From Veleropilina oligotropha (lineage: Eukaryota), in the NCBI GenBank assembly GCA_048128005.1, contig JBEUKZ010000064.1, forward strand, positions 186,001 to 250,000: a stretch of DNA of 64,000 nucleotides. Direction: 5' to 3'. Within the stretch, counting starts at the first letter, position 1, and each line of letters begins with the position of its first letter. The translations under genes and the position numbers were made by a program. Of the stretch, positions 42,905 to 58,050 are shown piece by piece. Below the pieces are notes generated by a model, which had not been told where the DNA came from, searched no databases, and saw nothing but the letters and a program-made list of their open reading frames with translations.

Positions 42905-45900
42905 CTAAACACCTTATTTTATCATAATTGTGATTTAAAATTGACTCATGTTGCACATACATTATAACCAAATACATGGCTAACTTATTATCAACACTAC
43001 CACGTTTCTTCTCCCAGGGAATTTCACATTATTTGCCCATAAATTCTAATGGCTTTCTGATTAAAAGAACATTAAATAACGTCAGGGGACGAGTAATCCA
43101 CGTTGACAACCCACAATGGGGGATCAGCTGGTTGGTAATCAGACTGATAGTATAGGACGATTCAACTCTTGATTACCGACAATACGACAGCGCCTCAATG
43201 CTGCATAAACACCAGAGAAATGCAGTCACCCAACGGATTATTAATCTCATATACACCATGAACATACAAAGAAAACCAAAGCGAATGGGGGTGTGATCGG
43301 GTTCAATGGTCATAACACAAGATTTGACAAGCCCATAGCCCATTCAGTCAAACAATGTTAAACTTCTGTTTACGAAATGGTGACAACAAAAAGCGGAAAG
43401 TAACAAATTGCTACACACGGCAGAATGCACAAAGGTCCATCTGGCTTTGAACTGGGGATATATTTGACGTTAGCATACGATAATCTGTTTGTATAGAATA
43501 TCGTAGAATAACCCCGTTGATTTATTCGCGATTCATGGCCAGTATGACAGCTGTAATATATGGGACCCCAGCAAAGGGGCCACATTCATTGCCCAAAAAG
43601 TGTTGATAGTGAACAAGTCGTTTCCTTCCAGTGAAGGGATAGCTGGCTTGCGGCCCAAATCGCCACCAATCTGTCACAACCAGGCCATATTAATAGACTT
43701 GGCAACACTAGACTTGTCTGATGTGAAAAATGACTTTTAGTGCCATTGTGATGAAATAAATATTTTCTGTCATGACAAAACAGTTCAAAGCACCTTGGAA
43801 ACTGCTAGAATAAATCTGTCATTTGTTAGGCATTTATCATCTAACTATTCTCCGCTTTTATTCTTATCCAACTTTTCAGAGGTCTGAGAGCTAATTACTG
43901 ACAATACACTGATTATTCAAAAATCAAATACAAAAATGATGCTATACTATATGTACACATAGTATACCATAATTACTTCTTTCAATGACAGTTTTAAGTA
44001 GAAATTATTTAACATTAAATATTGTTCTGTTGAAACGGGTAATATTTATCAGTATTGTTGCACTGAATCCCCTAATATGGCAGATAATGAATGGTATATC
44101 GTATATTATACTGAATGCAATACAATAATTTATCAACGTAACTAATATTAGGATTTGCGTGGTGTTTTGTTTGCCATGTAAAATTTCATTAAAATATTAT
44201 AAAACATTCTGCTTTTATTTGATTCTAGAATTATAAAATTTTGGGTAAAAACATTAATTACCACCAAAAGGAGTCCCTTTAAATATGAAACCATTTGTTT
44301 TTCCCAATTAACTAATGTCTCCATGACATTATGGAGCATCCATAGCTGACCATTAATCATCCAGATGACATACAAAGCAATTCCTTGGAACCGACAGAGA
44401 ACGAAATGAACATGGCACTGGGGATTAGTAATTCACTTTCCGTAAATCCTGGCTATAAACTGGTGTCTCCCTGGAGACCTTACAGAAGATAAATGGGCCA
44501 TGGAGTCTTGGATCAAGCTTAAGCTTAATCAAGCGGGCAGAAATGGATCAATTTATCATTCCGGCAATAAAATCTTGATTCCATCCAGAGGCTGGGTAAT
44601 CACAGCCATTCAGTTAGTACACAAACAGAGGACACAATGCAGAGGACACAATGCAGAGGCTTCACGCTTCAATCCTATTGAGTGTGGCCTTGGTGGATAA
44701 TGGTATCGATGGATAAAAGATAACGGTACCAGAAATATAGAAATATTGAAATAAAGGAGAGGAGGCAAAATATCGGGGTAATAAAAGATGCAATTGTCAT
44801 ATTTAAACAAAGCTATGCATCTTTAACAATTTATTTAAAGTCAAAATGTCCATTCTATCGCAAACTGGCATAAGTTCGTTATATTTAGGCGTAATTTACA
44901 TTATGTAGTTGAGAAAATGAATGACAGTAAAACATAATCACAAATATGCTGGAACTCTATCTATAAGTAGATGTAGCCAACATATACATCTTCAGGATGA
45001 CACATTTAAATTGAAAATTCTTTACATGCAATATTAGTCTAGAAATGGAGCAAGGAACATAGCTTGTTAACAGGCAGATTATTAAAGAAAAAGAGAGATA
45101 TAAATACTTGGATAAAAGAGATATTATTATAATTTAATAGATTCACTCGAAGAAGGAAACATACTGGTGTTTTAACCTTGACTGGACACAATATCAAAAT
45201 GTGCCATGATGCAGTGTATCATATAAATCAAATGTCGATTTGCAAACTTAATTACACTTCAAAATCAAAATGACTCTGGACATAGCAGCAGACCACTAGA
45301 GAGAGAGATCGAGATTATAAACATGAATTATTGCACAGACATTATCACTTCAGATCAGAGGTCACGGTGGATCAATCGTGGCGGGTCAGAGGTCGGCGAG
45401 GATCAATCATGCGCGGGTCGGGGTCAATGCACACCAGCTCTAGCTTAAGTGATTGCATTAGCTGCAGATGGACATTCATTGAGTTATTGAAGTCGATTCC
45501 CAAACTGCAAGTGCCTCATTTTCCTTCTCTTGACCAAGCATGACGAGATTAATACAACTTTCCGCGGATGTCAAAAAAGTCAATAGCCATCAACGGTCAT
45601 GAGACAATCTCTAGCATCCAGTGGGCGAGCCATTGTGTCATTATCGAGTTCCGTTTGCTGGATGCGATCGGAACGTAGATTCTAGTAGCAGCGCAAACAT
45701 GACCGTAAACTAAACGTGGCCTAAAATCAATAGATGGGTCACTTCGGGATAACTCTTTTTGCATGATATAAATAAAAGAAATCAGCCACAAACATATGTA
45801 AGAGGGATAATCTCATCACTGAAACTTTTAAGCCACGTGGAATATTGATGTCTCTCCTGAAAGCAGATATTAACTGTAATCCACTGTTATATACAGAAAC

Positions 45901-46399
45901 TAACTTAAAGTCTTTGCAATAACAAAGAACACAATGTCGTCCAATATCTGAGACCTATACAGACAGGCATAGCAAATCAGGGACAAACACATAGAAAAAC
46001 ATTCAAATTGGGCACAAACAGACAGTCATAGTTAAATTTTGTCATTGAAAGGGTAATTATTTGATAATATAGATGCATTTTCACACATTGATCATACACG
46101 TATATCATATTTGCTGTTGAGATGTTCAGCAGTGTCAATATTAACAAACTATTGAATGCACATGAAGAAATATTGTTGGTCCTTGGTTCACCTTTCCTCT
46201 AGGGTAGATTTATCTCCATTGTTTCCAGATCACGTAATTCCCGTTGGCGTGTGGTTCCCCTGTTATCTGGTCACTTAAACCCTGGGCTGGTTGGTCCCTT
46301 GTTCATTGGCCCCAGGCCTATGTAGACTGCTATTTATCGCTGTTCTCTGGTCATATGGCCTTAATGTTGATTGCCATTCATCTCAGATCACCTGTTCCC

Positions 46400-47725
46400 C
46401 TGTTCTCTGTTCACCTCAGCTCCTGGGTGGGTAACACTCTATTGTTCTATAGTCTCCTCGCCTGCTTGGGCCCTTGTTCTCTGGTCACCTCATCGCCTGG
46501 GTGGGTTAGTCTATTGTTATCTGGTCACCTGGCCTGCTTGGGCCCTTGTTCTCTGGTCACCTCAGCTCCTGGGTGGGTTGGTCTATTGTTCTCTAGTCAC
46601 CTGGCCTGCTTGGGCCCTTGTTCTCTGGTCACCTCATCACCTGGGTGGGTTAGTCTATTGTTATCTGTTCACCTGGCCTGCTTGGGCCCTTGTTCTCTGG
46701 TCACCTCAGCTCCTGGGTGGGTTGGTCTATTGTTCTCTAGTCACCTGGCCTGCTTGGGCCCTTGTTCTCTGGTCACCTCATCTCCTGGGTGGGTTGGTAT
46801 ATTGTTCTCTAGTCACCTGGCCTGCTTGGGCCCTTGTTCTCTGGTCACCTCATCGCCTGGGTGGGTTGGTCTATTGTTATCTGGTCACTTGGCCTAGTTG
46901 GGCCATGTTCTCTGGTCACATGGCCTGGTTGGCCCCTGTTTTCTCTCTTGTTCTCTCATCTCCTGGCCTGGTTGGGCCCTTGTTCTCTGGTCCCCTCATC
47001 TACTGGGTGGGTTGGTCTATTGTTCTCTAGTCACCTGGCCTGCTTGGGCCCTTGTTCTCTGGTCCCCTCATCACCTGGCCTGCTTGAGCCCTTGTTCTCT
47101 GGTCCCCTCATCTACTGGGTGGGTTGCTCTATTGTTCTCTCATCTCCCGGCATGGATGGGCCCTTGTTCTCTGGTCACACTGGTCTGGTTGGGCCCTTAC
47201 TCTCTGGCCTAGTTGGGCATTGTTCTCTATAGTCTCTTAGCCTGCTTGGGCCCTTGTTCTCTGGTCACCTCATCTCCTGAGTGAGTTGAACTATTGTTCT
47301 CTAGTCACCTGGCCTGGTTGGCCCTTGTTCTCAGGTCTCCTGGGTGAGTTGCGCTATTGTTCTCTAGTCACCTGGCCTGGTTGGCCCTTGTTCTCAGGTC
47401 TCCTGGGTGAGTTGCGCTATTGTTCTCTAGTCTCCTGGCCTGGTTGGCCCTTGTTCTCAGGTCTCCTGGGTGAGTTGCGCTATTGTTCTCTAGTCACCTG
47501 GCCTGGTTGGGCCTTGTTCTCAGGTCTCCTGGGTGAGTTGCGCTATTGTTCTCTAGTCTCCTGGCCTGGTTGGCCCTTGTTCTCAGGTCTCCTGGGTGGG
47601 TTGCGCTATTGTTCTCTAGTCTCCTGGTCTGGTTGGCCTTTGTTCTCAGGTCTCTTGGGTGGGTTGCGCTATTGTTCTCTAGTCTCCTGGCCTGGTTGGC
47701 CCTTGTTCTCTGGTCACCTGGCCTA
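46400..47725. repeat. Compound minisatellite: 72-bp units grading into 63-bp units
   Basis: Shared core cccttgttctct..gtc / ctattgttctctagtcacctggcct. Periods 72 (46461->46533) and 63 (47291->47354). Confidence 0.92.
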
Positions 47726-48217
47726 TGTAGGCTGTCGCCATGACACCTGGGAATCCTGATACATGAGCATTCTTGTCAAGGTTATCTGTAGCTGAAGCAG
47801 GAACCAAGTTAATGGTTCTGTCTGAAAGAAGCCAGCTGGACATTTATCAAAACCATTCTAGATGGCAGTAATTACTTCTAATATCTTTTGTTTCCATGGT
47901 GATAAGAACTACATACTTGTGGAGATAGCAGTGATCTAGTTCTGAGCTAGTCAGTTCTTTGCAGTAATCACATGTTCTGCCTCTAATCATAGAGGCTTTG
48001 GTATCGTTACCCAAGCTTAACACACTTGTATTATTGAAATGAATGTTTCTATGCAATAGCTTCAATGATTATTGGACTTATTCTTCAGAAAAGCTGGAGT
48101 CCACTGTATAATGACCCCCAAAGGATATTATATGTATATTGCCTGAGTCACAACAGAATTTCTACTGAAAACTATTGTAAAGCTGATAAATGTTCAGACA
48201 GACAAAATAAGCCATAA

Positions 48218-49145
48218 GGCCACAATAAAATATATTTTAGATTATCATTCCCGCCTGACCGCCGATTATTACCCTGCCTGGAGACATTTTATTTGTTTTC
48301 ATAATAAAAATAAATTCCGACCGCACCATCAATGATGCCCCGACTTGTTGCATTTTCATTTTCTAGATTCAGTAATGTTCATTATATGAGAATTGCTAAT
48401 TGCATTACTTAGTAGACATAATCTGTAAACAGGTGTATATTTAATAAAATAGCGAAGTTTTCATGTTATTATAGAAATGCTCTCAACGGCAGTATAAATG
48501 TGGACACCAAATTTGTCGGCTTTTAATATAATTATGATCGGTTCAAGTAGAACTGAGTTTACTGCAAAGCATATACCTGATATGCTCAGCCACCACATAA
48601 TAACTAGTTCCCCGTGTGCTATTCATGCTAGTTATCGAATGCATTGACAAGTTATGAAACAACACAGATATTTTCGTTCGAAAAGCGTGTCGTTGTTGAT
48701 ATAAAGTTAAACTCTATGAAAGTTCTATTATAAATTACTGGGAATATTCATATATTACCAAAATATTATTATCGTCACGTTGTTTACGAATTTACGGCAT
48801 TAACGTTAACACAAGCCAATAGACGGTATCGGTTTTCGGCAACTGTGATTATCGACACATGGAGGCGAGTGCTATCGCGAGTTAAATCATGGTTTTCGTC
48901 GTTGTAAAATTAAGAAGCGGTGTGAAAAACATTATCGACTGGTATGGGTTATCCCTATAATAAAATGTTTCCAGATGAGTCTTGATATATTTATTTACTA
49001 TTTTGACATTTGTATTTTATATTACGCAACATTGCTAGACTGGTTCTGCTGTCGCGGAAAATAAAATATAAAAAATAAAACCGCCCTCCCTCCCCAATTT
49101 TAGCAAAAATTTGGATGATAATCTAACAATATATATATTGTGGAT
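48218..49145. mobile_element. Non-autonomous DNA transposon with TAA TSD and GGCC-type TIR (Zator/PIF-like)
   Basis: TAA|GGCCACAATAAAATATATTTTAGATTATCAT ... ATGATAATCTAACAATATATATATTGTGGAT|TAA. Confidence 0.65.
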
Positions 49146-51291
49146 TAAGGTGACCAATGTAAATCAGTTTAGCTTTACCACAACATTTTGAAAATTTTTC
49201 AGTTCACTAATGTCTAGTTGGAACCTCACTTTAAATCTCCTTTTGAAGAATTGTTTACATATTTTAAGCCATCTGTTCTATTAGATTTACGCACATGCTG
49301 ATCAAGGACTCCAACCCAAATTCTGACATCTCACATTTTTCAGACATATTTACCAATTGAGTTATCTGCCCATGAGGACATATGAAACACCAAGATTGTA
49401 AGATTAAGTTACCATTAAATGTAAATTGTCTCAAGTTCCTTAAAGCTCTACACAAATAGTCATCGGCTATTAGGTACTATAACTATTAGCGTAACATTAT
49501 GTCATTCTAGGGTAACATATTCACATTGTAATGTATTATTTCACTAGATCACATTGTATGAAGACTGTATCCATGGTAGAAGTAAAGTGTGTTTAAAACT
49601 GTTAGACAGGCCTAATATATATTATTTACATTGTGAAAAAATTTCAATTAATGGACATTTCAAGTAACACAAACATGAAAGTAGCTAGTTTAATAAACAT
49701 TAATCATGTCGACTTGTTGCAGACTAAAACATTAAAGGCAAAATAAATGTTGTATACATAATACCTCTGCAACGCACACTTATAGACAAAAGTCTAGTGA
49801 TTAATTTTGCTCTGAGAAGTCACTTTATCAGCTGGCCTCCTCTGAGTTTGGAAGGTAGACCCTACTCCTCCAATGAGAGCAAACAACCCGTCATAAAAGT
49901 TTCAAAATGCCAGCTGGCCCCAGATATGGCCACTCAGAACCGACACCCTGCGATAATTATTAATGACTCTCGAAGTCATGATAACCCACAGTGGATAAGC
50001 TCATGATAACCCAGTGATATCAACATGCATGGAAATGAGGCTAAATAGCACAGTGTGCATTCATTTGTCGTGGTAATATACGCCAGGGAATATTACATAC
50101 ATAGGATATAAACATGGCTTGTTTAGGTGTTAGACCCGTGTTATGATGGCAAGGGAGAAGTAATGCATCATGTAGCTCATGTCCTCTTGTTGCACAAAAC
50201 TTCTGCCACAGCACAAACGAGGGGTCAGAACATATATCTTACAAGAGTGAATGGACTAGATTTGGAGTTTAATATCCTATAGTAAACAGGTAGGGTTATA
50301 TAACTGGAAAAGTCCTATATCCTGGGAGAATAGAATGAAACCCACTATACATGTATCATAACTGCCCAACAATGAACCACACATACATAATGTCTACAAG
50401 ACCTGCTAGGGATTCATGCGCATAATTTCAACATCAACGTGTTTTAATTAAGATTTCTTGCTCTGTCAATTGGGTTACCGGAACCTCACAATTTCTTTAG
50501 GATATTTTGCGCTTCTATTGCTGTTCAGTACACAATAAAGATTTGAAGAATTGTCGTTCGGTAGGTTGAGCGTGTATATCCGACTTAGAAAATAAGTAGC
50601 GCCACCAAAGCAGCCATAGACAACTTAATACGGTAAATTCACTCAATATGTTCACTAATGAGATTGCCTAAGTGAAATGTATGAGATAATTGAATTAAAT
50701 CAACCAAATTGAATTTGGGAAACGATAATTGCATTGGAAACACACAATAAGATTCATTATCAATGATCAAAGTGGATGTGACATGATATCGCAATCTGCC
50801 AAAGAGTGAACTGTTTCCATCAAGCAGCAGTTGGGTGTCAGCTTCCAGAGATGCCACCAGGTGGAGCCACAAGCTGCGTTCTAACAGCTCAACAGCTCTT
50901 AATCATGTTTACACAAAAAGTCAGATGTATTTTCTAAGAAAACCATTAAGCACAACACCCCCAACTTCAAGAAGAGCAGTCTGATAGCCAGGAATGGCGC
51001 CGCTTGGAATTCCCTGGGTTTGGTTGCCAGAGGTGAGATAAAAGTATGGTTTAACTGGCCAAATGTAAACAAGTTGGAAACACAACCTGAAAGTTGCCCT
51101 CCTGTGAAGATGATCGGTCACAGAAAGTATGCAACGTGCATTTCTGCTGCCCAGCTGACAGCACCAATTAGCAGACTCTCAATGTGACAGATATTTTGTC
51201 TAACATTATGGAACAAATGTGTGATGGCTGAGATTTATGACATTGGAACAATGGAAAATACCAAACAGTTCATTAAAAAATTTGTAGATTA

Positions 51292-51353
51292 GGCCAAATA
51301 AAAAAAATTAGTTGGTGATCATCCCCGCCCGACTCTCCGAACGGGCCCGACCC

Positions 51354-51390
<37 letters not shown>

Positions 51391-52285
51391 CTTTCGAAAA
51401 ACCGCCGTATAAAACGAAGAAAACGCCATAAAACGTGAAGCCCCTTCAAATTTCGCAGCCTAGGTTTGACCCACGTGCTTTTAGAGAGTACGCGCATTCG
51501 CATTTTAGAGAGTACTGCTGATCGCGATTGTCACTGCGCCATTGTGTTGGCCAGGCATTCTCGCAGGCATCGTTCTCGGCTTTTGTTCGTTTTGAGGTCG
51601 TGCAGCCCCTTCAACCCTACGGCCCAGACTGGTAAATGTGTAGGAACGGTAGTCCAGTGCCAAGAATGTGGAAAGTGGCGTTGTCTCCACTCCAAGAAGA
51701 AGCTGACACGAAAAGAACGGGATGAACTGGAAGTGCTACTTGAAACGTTGATTTACACCTGTGGCAGTAGTTTCAATGATGTCTCGCCGACGAGGATGAG
51801 GAGAGTTCTGTTCTTCAGGATGTGCATGTCAGGGCAAACATCTCGTGCAATTCCGGTATTGAGTTTACATCTACTACGCTGGATACGAACTGATATGCAT
51901 TCACTGTGGGAATGTCGAACATCTCATTGAGAAGAACGGTTTTTACCCACAGTGCCCTGGATGTACTCAGAAAAAAGCTACTCCCAAACAGGGTAAAAAG
52001 TAGTGAAATTCTTGATGAGCGACTTTGATACCCTGTAGATACTGACTAGTTGTTGTTTCATCACTGACGTTTACAGTTTGATCATACAGAACCAGTATAT
52101 TTCCATGAGAGTTTGGAGGACAACTCTATTGATTCTATTATCATACTTTTGATCAATGCTGTTTAATATTAGTCTCAATTTTCAATACTAAATAATACAT
52201 TGCGGTACAACATATCTTTGCTTTTCTAGTTCATTCATTTTGTTGAAAAAAAAGCTCCCTCCCTCCTCACTTTTTCACGACGATA

Positions 52286-52318
<33 letters not shown>

Positions 52319-52384
52319 CCTCCCTCCCTCCTCATTTTTTCCCCCCAAAAAGGATGATCACCAGCTAATTTTTTTTATTGGGCC
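51292..52384 (+). mobile_element. Deletion-derivative DNA transposon (TTA TSD, 33-bp TIR, Zator/PIF-like) retaining a Cys-rich transposase C-terminal fragment
   Basis: TTA|GGCCAAATAAAAAAAATTAGTTGGTGATCATCC ... GGATGATCACCAGCTAATTTTTTTTATTGGGCC|TTA. Internal SPFNPTAQ..VQCQECGKWRCL...YTCG and further CxxC pieces (~51600-52000). Confidence 0.8.
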
Positions 52385-53292
52385 TTAGACAGCAATGTGT
52401 CCGTAACTGACAGTCTGTGCACTGATTTTGAACAAGGTGACTTTGGTGATAAGCTCAGTCACTTTTCAAAGTCTTGCAGTCCTACTACATTGCACTGTGT
52501 GTGCACTTTCTGATTAAATATATAACTCTACTTTTTATTCATAAACATGTAAAATGTTAATTTTTTATCAGAATCTAAAATGAGTTGTGTTATCACTCTT
52601 TAAAACACTTAATATTTATTTGTATTAATAATGAAAAAATGTCAGAATATTATTACATGAATTACAGATTACAATGATTACAAATGCTAAATACCAAGCA
52701 GTATTGAACAATGATGCAGCATTAGACTCATTACAAACAGAGTGCTGATATCGCTTAGTTTTAAACAATAGCCGACAGCTGCGCAGGTACACTCAAAATC
52801 TCCCCTGGCCCCTCTCTGATACCGTCTGTTATCGTGCACCTACTCCAAACAGTCGAATACAACGTTTGAACCTTGGGATAAAACCAGAAGGCGTCACGGA
52901 GATAAAAAGATGTTTGGGTCATTTACTATCCTGCCCAGGTGACAACGTAAGCCGCTGGATACGTGGTTATCGCACCTGTACATCCGAAACATTGCGTGTG
53001 CTTCAGGGAGAACCGCGATTGATAACATGCAGACATGGCCACTGGCATTGATTATTCTCCCTAAAACATTCCATAACATATACTTGAAGCCTACATATGG
53101 TGAGATAACATCTCCTAGGCACTCGCTACTGGTCCTCATATATAATGCATTACTGTCATACACACTGCAATAAACATACATGCATTAAAATAGCATTAAA
53201 GCATTAAGAACATTGACGTTTTTTTCAGTATCTCAATTAGTTACATGATAAGCTGATATTATATCGAGCCGCCGGGGGGGGGGGGGGGGGAT

Positions 53293-54026
53293 GTAGTGGA
53301 TATGAGCGCGGCTCCCACTCACTCGGCCGGGGTGGTGTAGTAGATATGAGCGCGGCTCCCACTCACTCGACCGGAGTGGTGTAGTGGATATGAGCGTGGC
53401 TCGCACGCACTCGACCGGGGTGGTGTAGTGGATATGAGCGCGGCTCCCACTCACTCGGCCGGGGTGGTGTAGTGGATATGAGCGTGGCTCCCACTCACTC
53501 GGCCGGGGTGGTGTAGTGGATATGAGCGCGGCTCCCACTCACTCGACCGGGGTGGTGTAGTGGATATGAGCACGCCGACGGCTCCCACTCACTCGACCGG
53601 GGTGGTGTAGCGGATATGAGCGCGGCTCCCACTCACTCGGCCGGGGTGGTGTAGTGGATATGAGCGCGGCTCCCACTCACTCGGCCGGGGTGGTGTAGTG
53701 GATATGAGCGCGGCTCCCACTCACTCGGCCGGGGTGGTGTAGTGGATATGAGCGCGGCTCCCACTCACTCGGCCGGGGTGGTGTAGTGGATATGAGCGCG
53801 GCTCTCACTCACTCGACCGGGGTGGTGTAGTGGATATGAGTGCGGCTCCCACTCACTCGGCCGGGGTGGTGTAGTGGATATGAGCGCGGCTCCCACCCAC
53901 TCGACCGGGGTGGCGTAGTGGATATGAGCACGGCTCCCACTCACTCGACCGGGGTGGCGTAGTGGATATGAGCGCGGCTCCCACTCACTCGGCCGGGGTG
54001 TAGTGGATATGAGCGCGGCTCCCACT
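53293..54026. repeat. 44-bp minisatellite (~17 copies)
   Basis: Unit gtagtggatatgagcgcggctcccactcactcggccggggtggt. Confidence 0.95.
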
Positions 54027-55361
54027 GATCACTAGGCGACTGATCTGATTAACAGGATCGAGTTGGTTTTAATCCTTGGCTGGACACATTATTCAATAAA
54101 CAGTCACTGTTGTCCATAATTATCCAGAGAAAGTAGGTTTTCCCGGGCAATGAAAAACTTCCTCCAGCAATATCGGATAATTAAATAAAATAATTAACAT
54201 GTCCTGATCTGACCCTAAACAGTGTTGAAACGGGACGTCAGGCATCAATCCACGCAGGCTCAATGTTTATACGAACTTCAGTCGTAAAGATGCAGGTTTA
54301 TGAGCACATGCTCTCATAACTTCAAAATACGTGATCTCACAACTATACAATAATCAGTGACATCTTGTAAATTTAATTGAATGAATATGTACCGTAAAAT
54401 TGAGATATTGTTGTAAAAAACAGTTGGCGAAATTACAAAACTAAATCACTATATCTACCTATGTGCAGCATATAACACCTGTGTTATTTACGCCAAACAC
54501 AATAACTATGTAATCAATATGAGGGGAGGAAATCAACACCTTGCCCAACCATATACACTATTCAATTCCCAATCCGAGCCACTCTCACAATGGTGAAGAA
54601 CCACAATGCGATCAGAAATAGACAGCTGATTAATAGCTGTATAACACCTGAATCTTAGCACCACAAATAAATCAGCATGTGACACTTAAAAAGATATCAA
54701 CATGTCACCCGTGGCATATATCACTGTCACCCATTGACTGTTAAGACAAATTATATCTAACAAATAGCAAGTTCAATGTAGCTAATGTATAAAAGAAATA
54801 GATATGCCTCCATATCAGTTTTGTGTTGTAAACACTATTATTTTCATTTGACGAAATTCATGATGCTTGATAGGTCTAGCGGAGGTCAGTCATATGGCTT
54901 TTAAAATTAACAAAGTCACATTTAGGCTACTTTTATTTATCAAACTGCATGTAATCTGATACAAGATGTCATCACTCTATCAAGATTAAGCTATACATAC
55001 AACAATTTACATATATAACCAAAGACACAGGTGTTTATCCAGCTAAAGTTGAAATATAAAAATCTGCTTATTTAAATTAAATGATACTTTCAAAGTTCAC
55101 AGGATAAACACCCATATCAAACACACTACACAGGAAGATGTAAAATACCATGTCGGTCAACTGTGGGAATTAATGCATTTACGAACTACTTATGAGTAAA
55201 ATGCATGAGTCGTCCATAAGTAAACCACTTCAGAAGAAATTGAGAGCGCAAATGCCCAAAATTTATCTTCATTCAACGACACTAAACAAATACAGCCTTA
55301 ACCCTTTTTACATCCTTAGCTCTATAAATCGGGCCGACTCAAATATTACTGTGCCCCGTAT

Positions 55362-55510
55362 AGAAACCATTAATGCTCCGGGTGCCGGGTCAGGGGCACA
55401 GAAACCATTAATGCTCCGGGTACCGGGTCAGGGGCACAGAAACCATTAATGTTCCGGGTGCCAGGTCAGGGGCACAGAAACCATTAATGCTCTGGGTACC
55501 GGGTCAGGGT
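55362..55510. repeat. 38-bp minisatellite (~4 copies)
   Basis: Unit agaaaccattaatgctccgggtgccgggtcaggggcac. Confidence 0.9.
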
Positions 55511-56294
55511 GTACGGATCAGTCAGGATCTCAGGGTTCAAGGATTAAGTGTACGGATCAGTCAGGATCTCAGGGTTCAAGGATTAAGTGTACGGATCAGT
55601 CAGGATCTCAGGGTTCAAGGATTAAGTGTATGGATCAGTCAGGATCTCAGGGTTCAAGGATTAAGTGTACGGATCAGTCAGGATCTCAGGGTTCAAGGAT
55701 TAAGTGTACGGATCAGTCAGGATCTCAGGGTTCAAGGATTAAGTGTACGGATCAGTCAGGATCTCAGGGTTCAAGGATTAAGTGTACGGATCAGTCAGGA
55801 TCTCAGGGTTCAAGGATTAAGTGTACGGATCAGTCAGGATCTCAGGGTTCAAGGATTAAGTGTACGGATCAGTCAGGATCTCAGGGTTCAAGGATTAAGT
55901 GTACGGATCAGTCAGGATCTCAGGGTTCAAGGATTAAGTGTACGGATCAGTCAGGATCTCAGGGTTCAAGGATTAAGTGTACGGATCAGTCAGGATCTCA
56001 GGGTTCAAGGATTAAGTGTACGGATCAGTCAGGATCTCAGGGTTCAAGGATTAAGTGTACGGATCAGTCAGGATCTCAGGGTTCAAGGATTAAGTGTACG
56101 GATCAGTCAGGATCTCAGGGTTCAAGGATTAAGTGTACGGATCAGTCAGGATCTCAGGGTTCAAGGATTAAGTGTACGGATCAGTCAGGATCTCAGGGTT
56201 CAAGGATTAAGTGTACGGATCAGTCAGGATCTCAGGGTTCAAGGATTAAGTGTACGGATCAGTCAGGATCTCAGGGTTCAAGGATTAAGTGTAC
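55509..56294. repeat. 39-bp near-perfect minisatellite (~20 copies)
   Basis: Unit gtgtacggatcagtcaggatctcagggttcaaggattaa. Confidence 0.97.
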
Positions 56295-56784
56295 TGACAA
56301 CATCAGTTTGGATTGGTTTGCATCGATGCCTAATATCCAGTATTTAACAACCTTCAAATTCAAGCCAAGACCATCTTTTCTCTGGAGGAGAAGCCTGATT
56401 GCCCGGGAAAACCCGCCCTCATCAGACAATTATGGAGAATTGTGACTGGTAACTGACCAAAGATTACCGCGCCGAGGATTTCAACCCATCGCTGATAATC
56501 ATAGTCACGCGGGTGAGTTCGGAATATGTACTCGTATCCTCACATCAATGATTGGTTGGCTGGCAACTGGGTTTTATTACCACTTTTGACAAGTTTTCAG
56601 TTTTATGGCAGATGGCACCCTTGGTTATTTGGTCATTATGCGATCAAAGAGACATATAGGGCATATGCATTATATTATTTTTAAGCGGTAAATTGAGTCG
56701 CCGAAGTGGGCTGGAAATGTGGCTCTCCTAACTGCTGCTCTTACACATCACTAATAATTCTTAATAAAATGATGATATACATAT

Positions 56785-58050
56785 AACTAGATATGTCAGA
56801 GTGACACGAATGCCCCCTCTGAAACAACTGCCAGGAATGAAAGAAATTCGAAGTGAACAGCAATAACTCTCTTAACATTGAATTTACGCATTTAACAATG
56901 TATGAATAAGTATACACCTATATTCCAAATATAGTTTCATTCCATGAATGTATTCAAAAGTTATCGTCCAGAATAGAAAACAAAATTAAATTAATAATTA
57001 ATGTCCTATGTCTCCTAAATGAAGTTGGGAATTTATAGAAATGAAACTCCACTCAGATATTCTGATATAGATGTGTATATCAAATTAATTTAATTTGAAT
57101 CCATGAATGCCTTAATATAGCGCAGAATCTATAGCAGTCATTCGAGAGACAAACATGTGTAACAATAAATGCTCTCCATACTTCGTTTTGTAGGGGACCG
57201 GGCATAAAATTTGTTTCCAATGTATGTATACCAAATGTAATTTATATCCATGAAGGCATTATCAAGTTATCGGCCGAAAATGGAAAAAAATTTGCATGTT
57301 GATGAAGGAACATAACTCCCTTATGTGAAGGCGGAATGTCACCGAAATCCAACTCCTCTTAGCTATTATGATCATACACGTGAATATCAAATTTAATTTA
57401 AATCCATGATGGCATTCTGAAGTTACCGCCACGAAATGAAAAAAGTTTCCAAGTGACTGAACGGGCATAACTCCCTTATGGAACATGGGAATATTACCGA
57501 AATCGCACTGCACTTAGCCATTACAATCATACACGTGAATGCCAAATTTAATGTAAATCCATGAAGGCATTCTCAAGTTACCGCCCGGAAATGAAAAAAT
57601 GTTTCAAAGTGAATCAAGGGGCATAACTCCTTTATGGAAATTCGGAATGTTACCGAAATCGAACTTCACTTGGGTATTATGATCATACACGCCAGGAAAT
57701 GAAAAAATGTTTCCAAGTGAATCAAGGGGCATAACTCCTTTATGGAAAATCGGAATGTTACCGAAATCGAACTTGACTTCGGTATTATGATCATACACGT
57801 GAATACCAAATTTTATGTAAATCCATGAAGGCATTCTGAAGTTACCATCCGGAAATGAAAAATGTTTCAAAGTGAATCAAGGGGCATAACTCCTTAATGG
57901 GAATTCGGAATGTTACCGTAATCGAACTTGACTTGCATACATTTCAATCCATGAAGGCATTCTAAAGTTATAGCCCGGAAACGAAGTTCGGACGGACGGA
58001 CGTGTGCAACACTATATGCCCCCAAACTTCGTTTAGGGGGAATTATAAAT
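56785..58050 (+). mobile_element. HINE/Helentron-like non-autonomous element(s) with internal gggcataactcc repeats
   Basis: 5' aactag...atgccccc, internal repeats, a ggacggacggac tract, and the 3' hairpin cccccaaac.ttc.gtttaggggg. Confidence 0.6.

Noticed and set aside
44150..44520. Possible very old RT relic (GPFIFCKV...RFQGI...HLDD-like)
   Set aside because: Too fragmented to support by eye; would need tBLASTn.
46244..47759. Hydrophobic repeat ORFs
   Set aside because: Several frames are open only because of the 72/63-bp minisatellite.
50640..51120. Possible transposase relic (EADTQLLL, LHRRA-like words); similar coding-like decay at ~19950-20700 and ~59500-60130
   Set aside because: Short motifs only, with many stops and no termini.
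51356..52316. Poly-T and poly-A runs as retroposon tails
   Set aside because: They lie symmetrically in the subterminal regions of a TIR element and have no TSDs of their own.
55487..56445. 286-aa and 271-aa repeat ORFs; also a possible CRISPR-like appearance
   Set aside because: A stop-free 39-bp tandem unit with no unique spacers and no cas genes, in a eukaryotic context.
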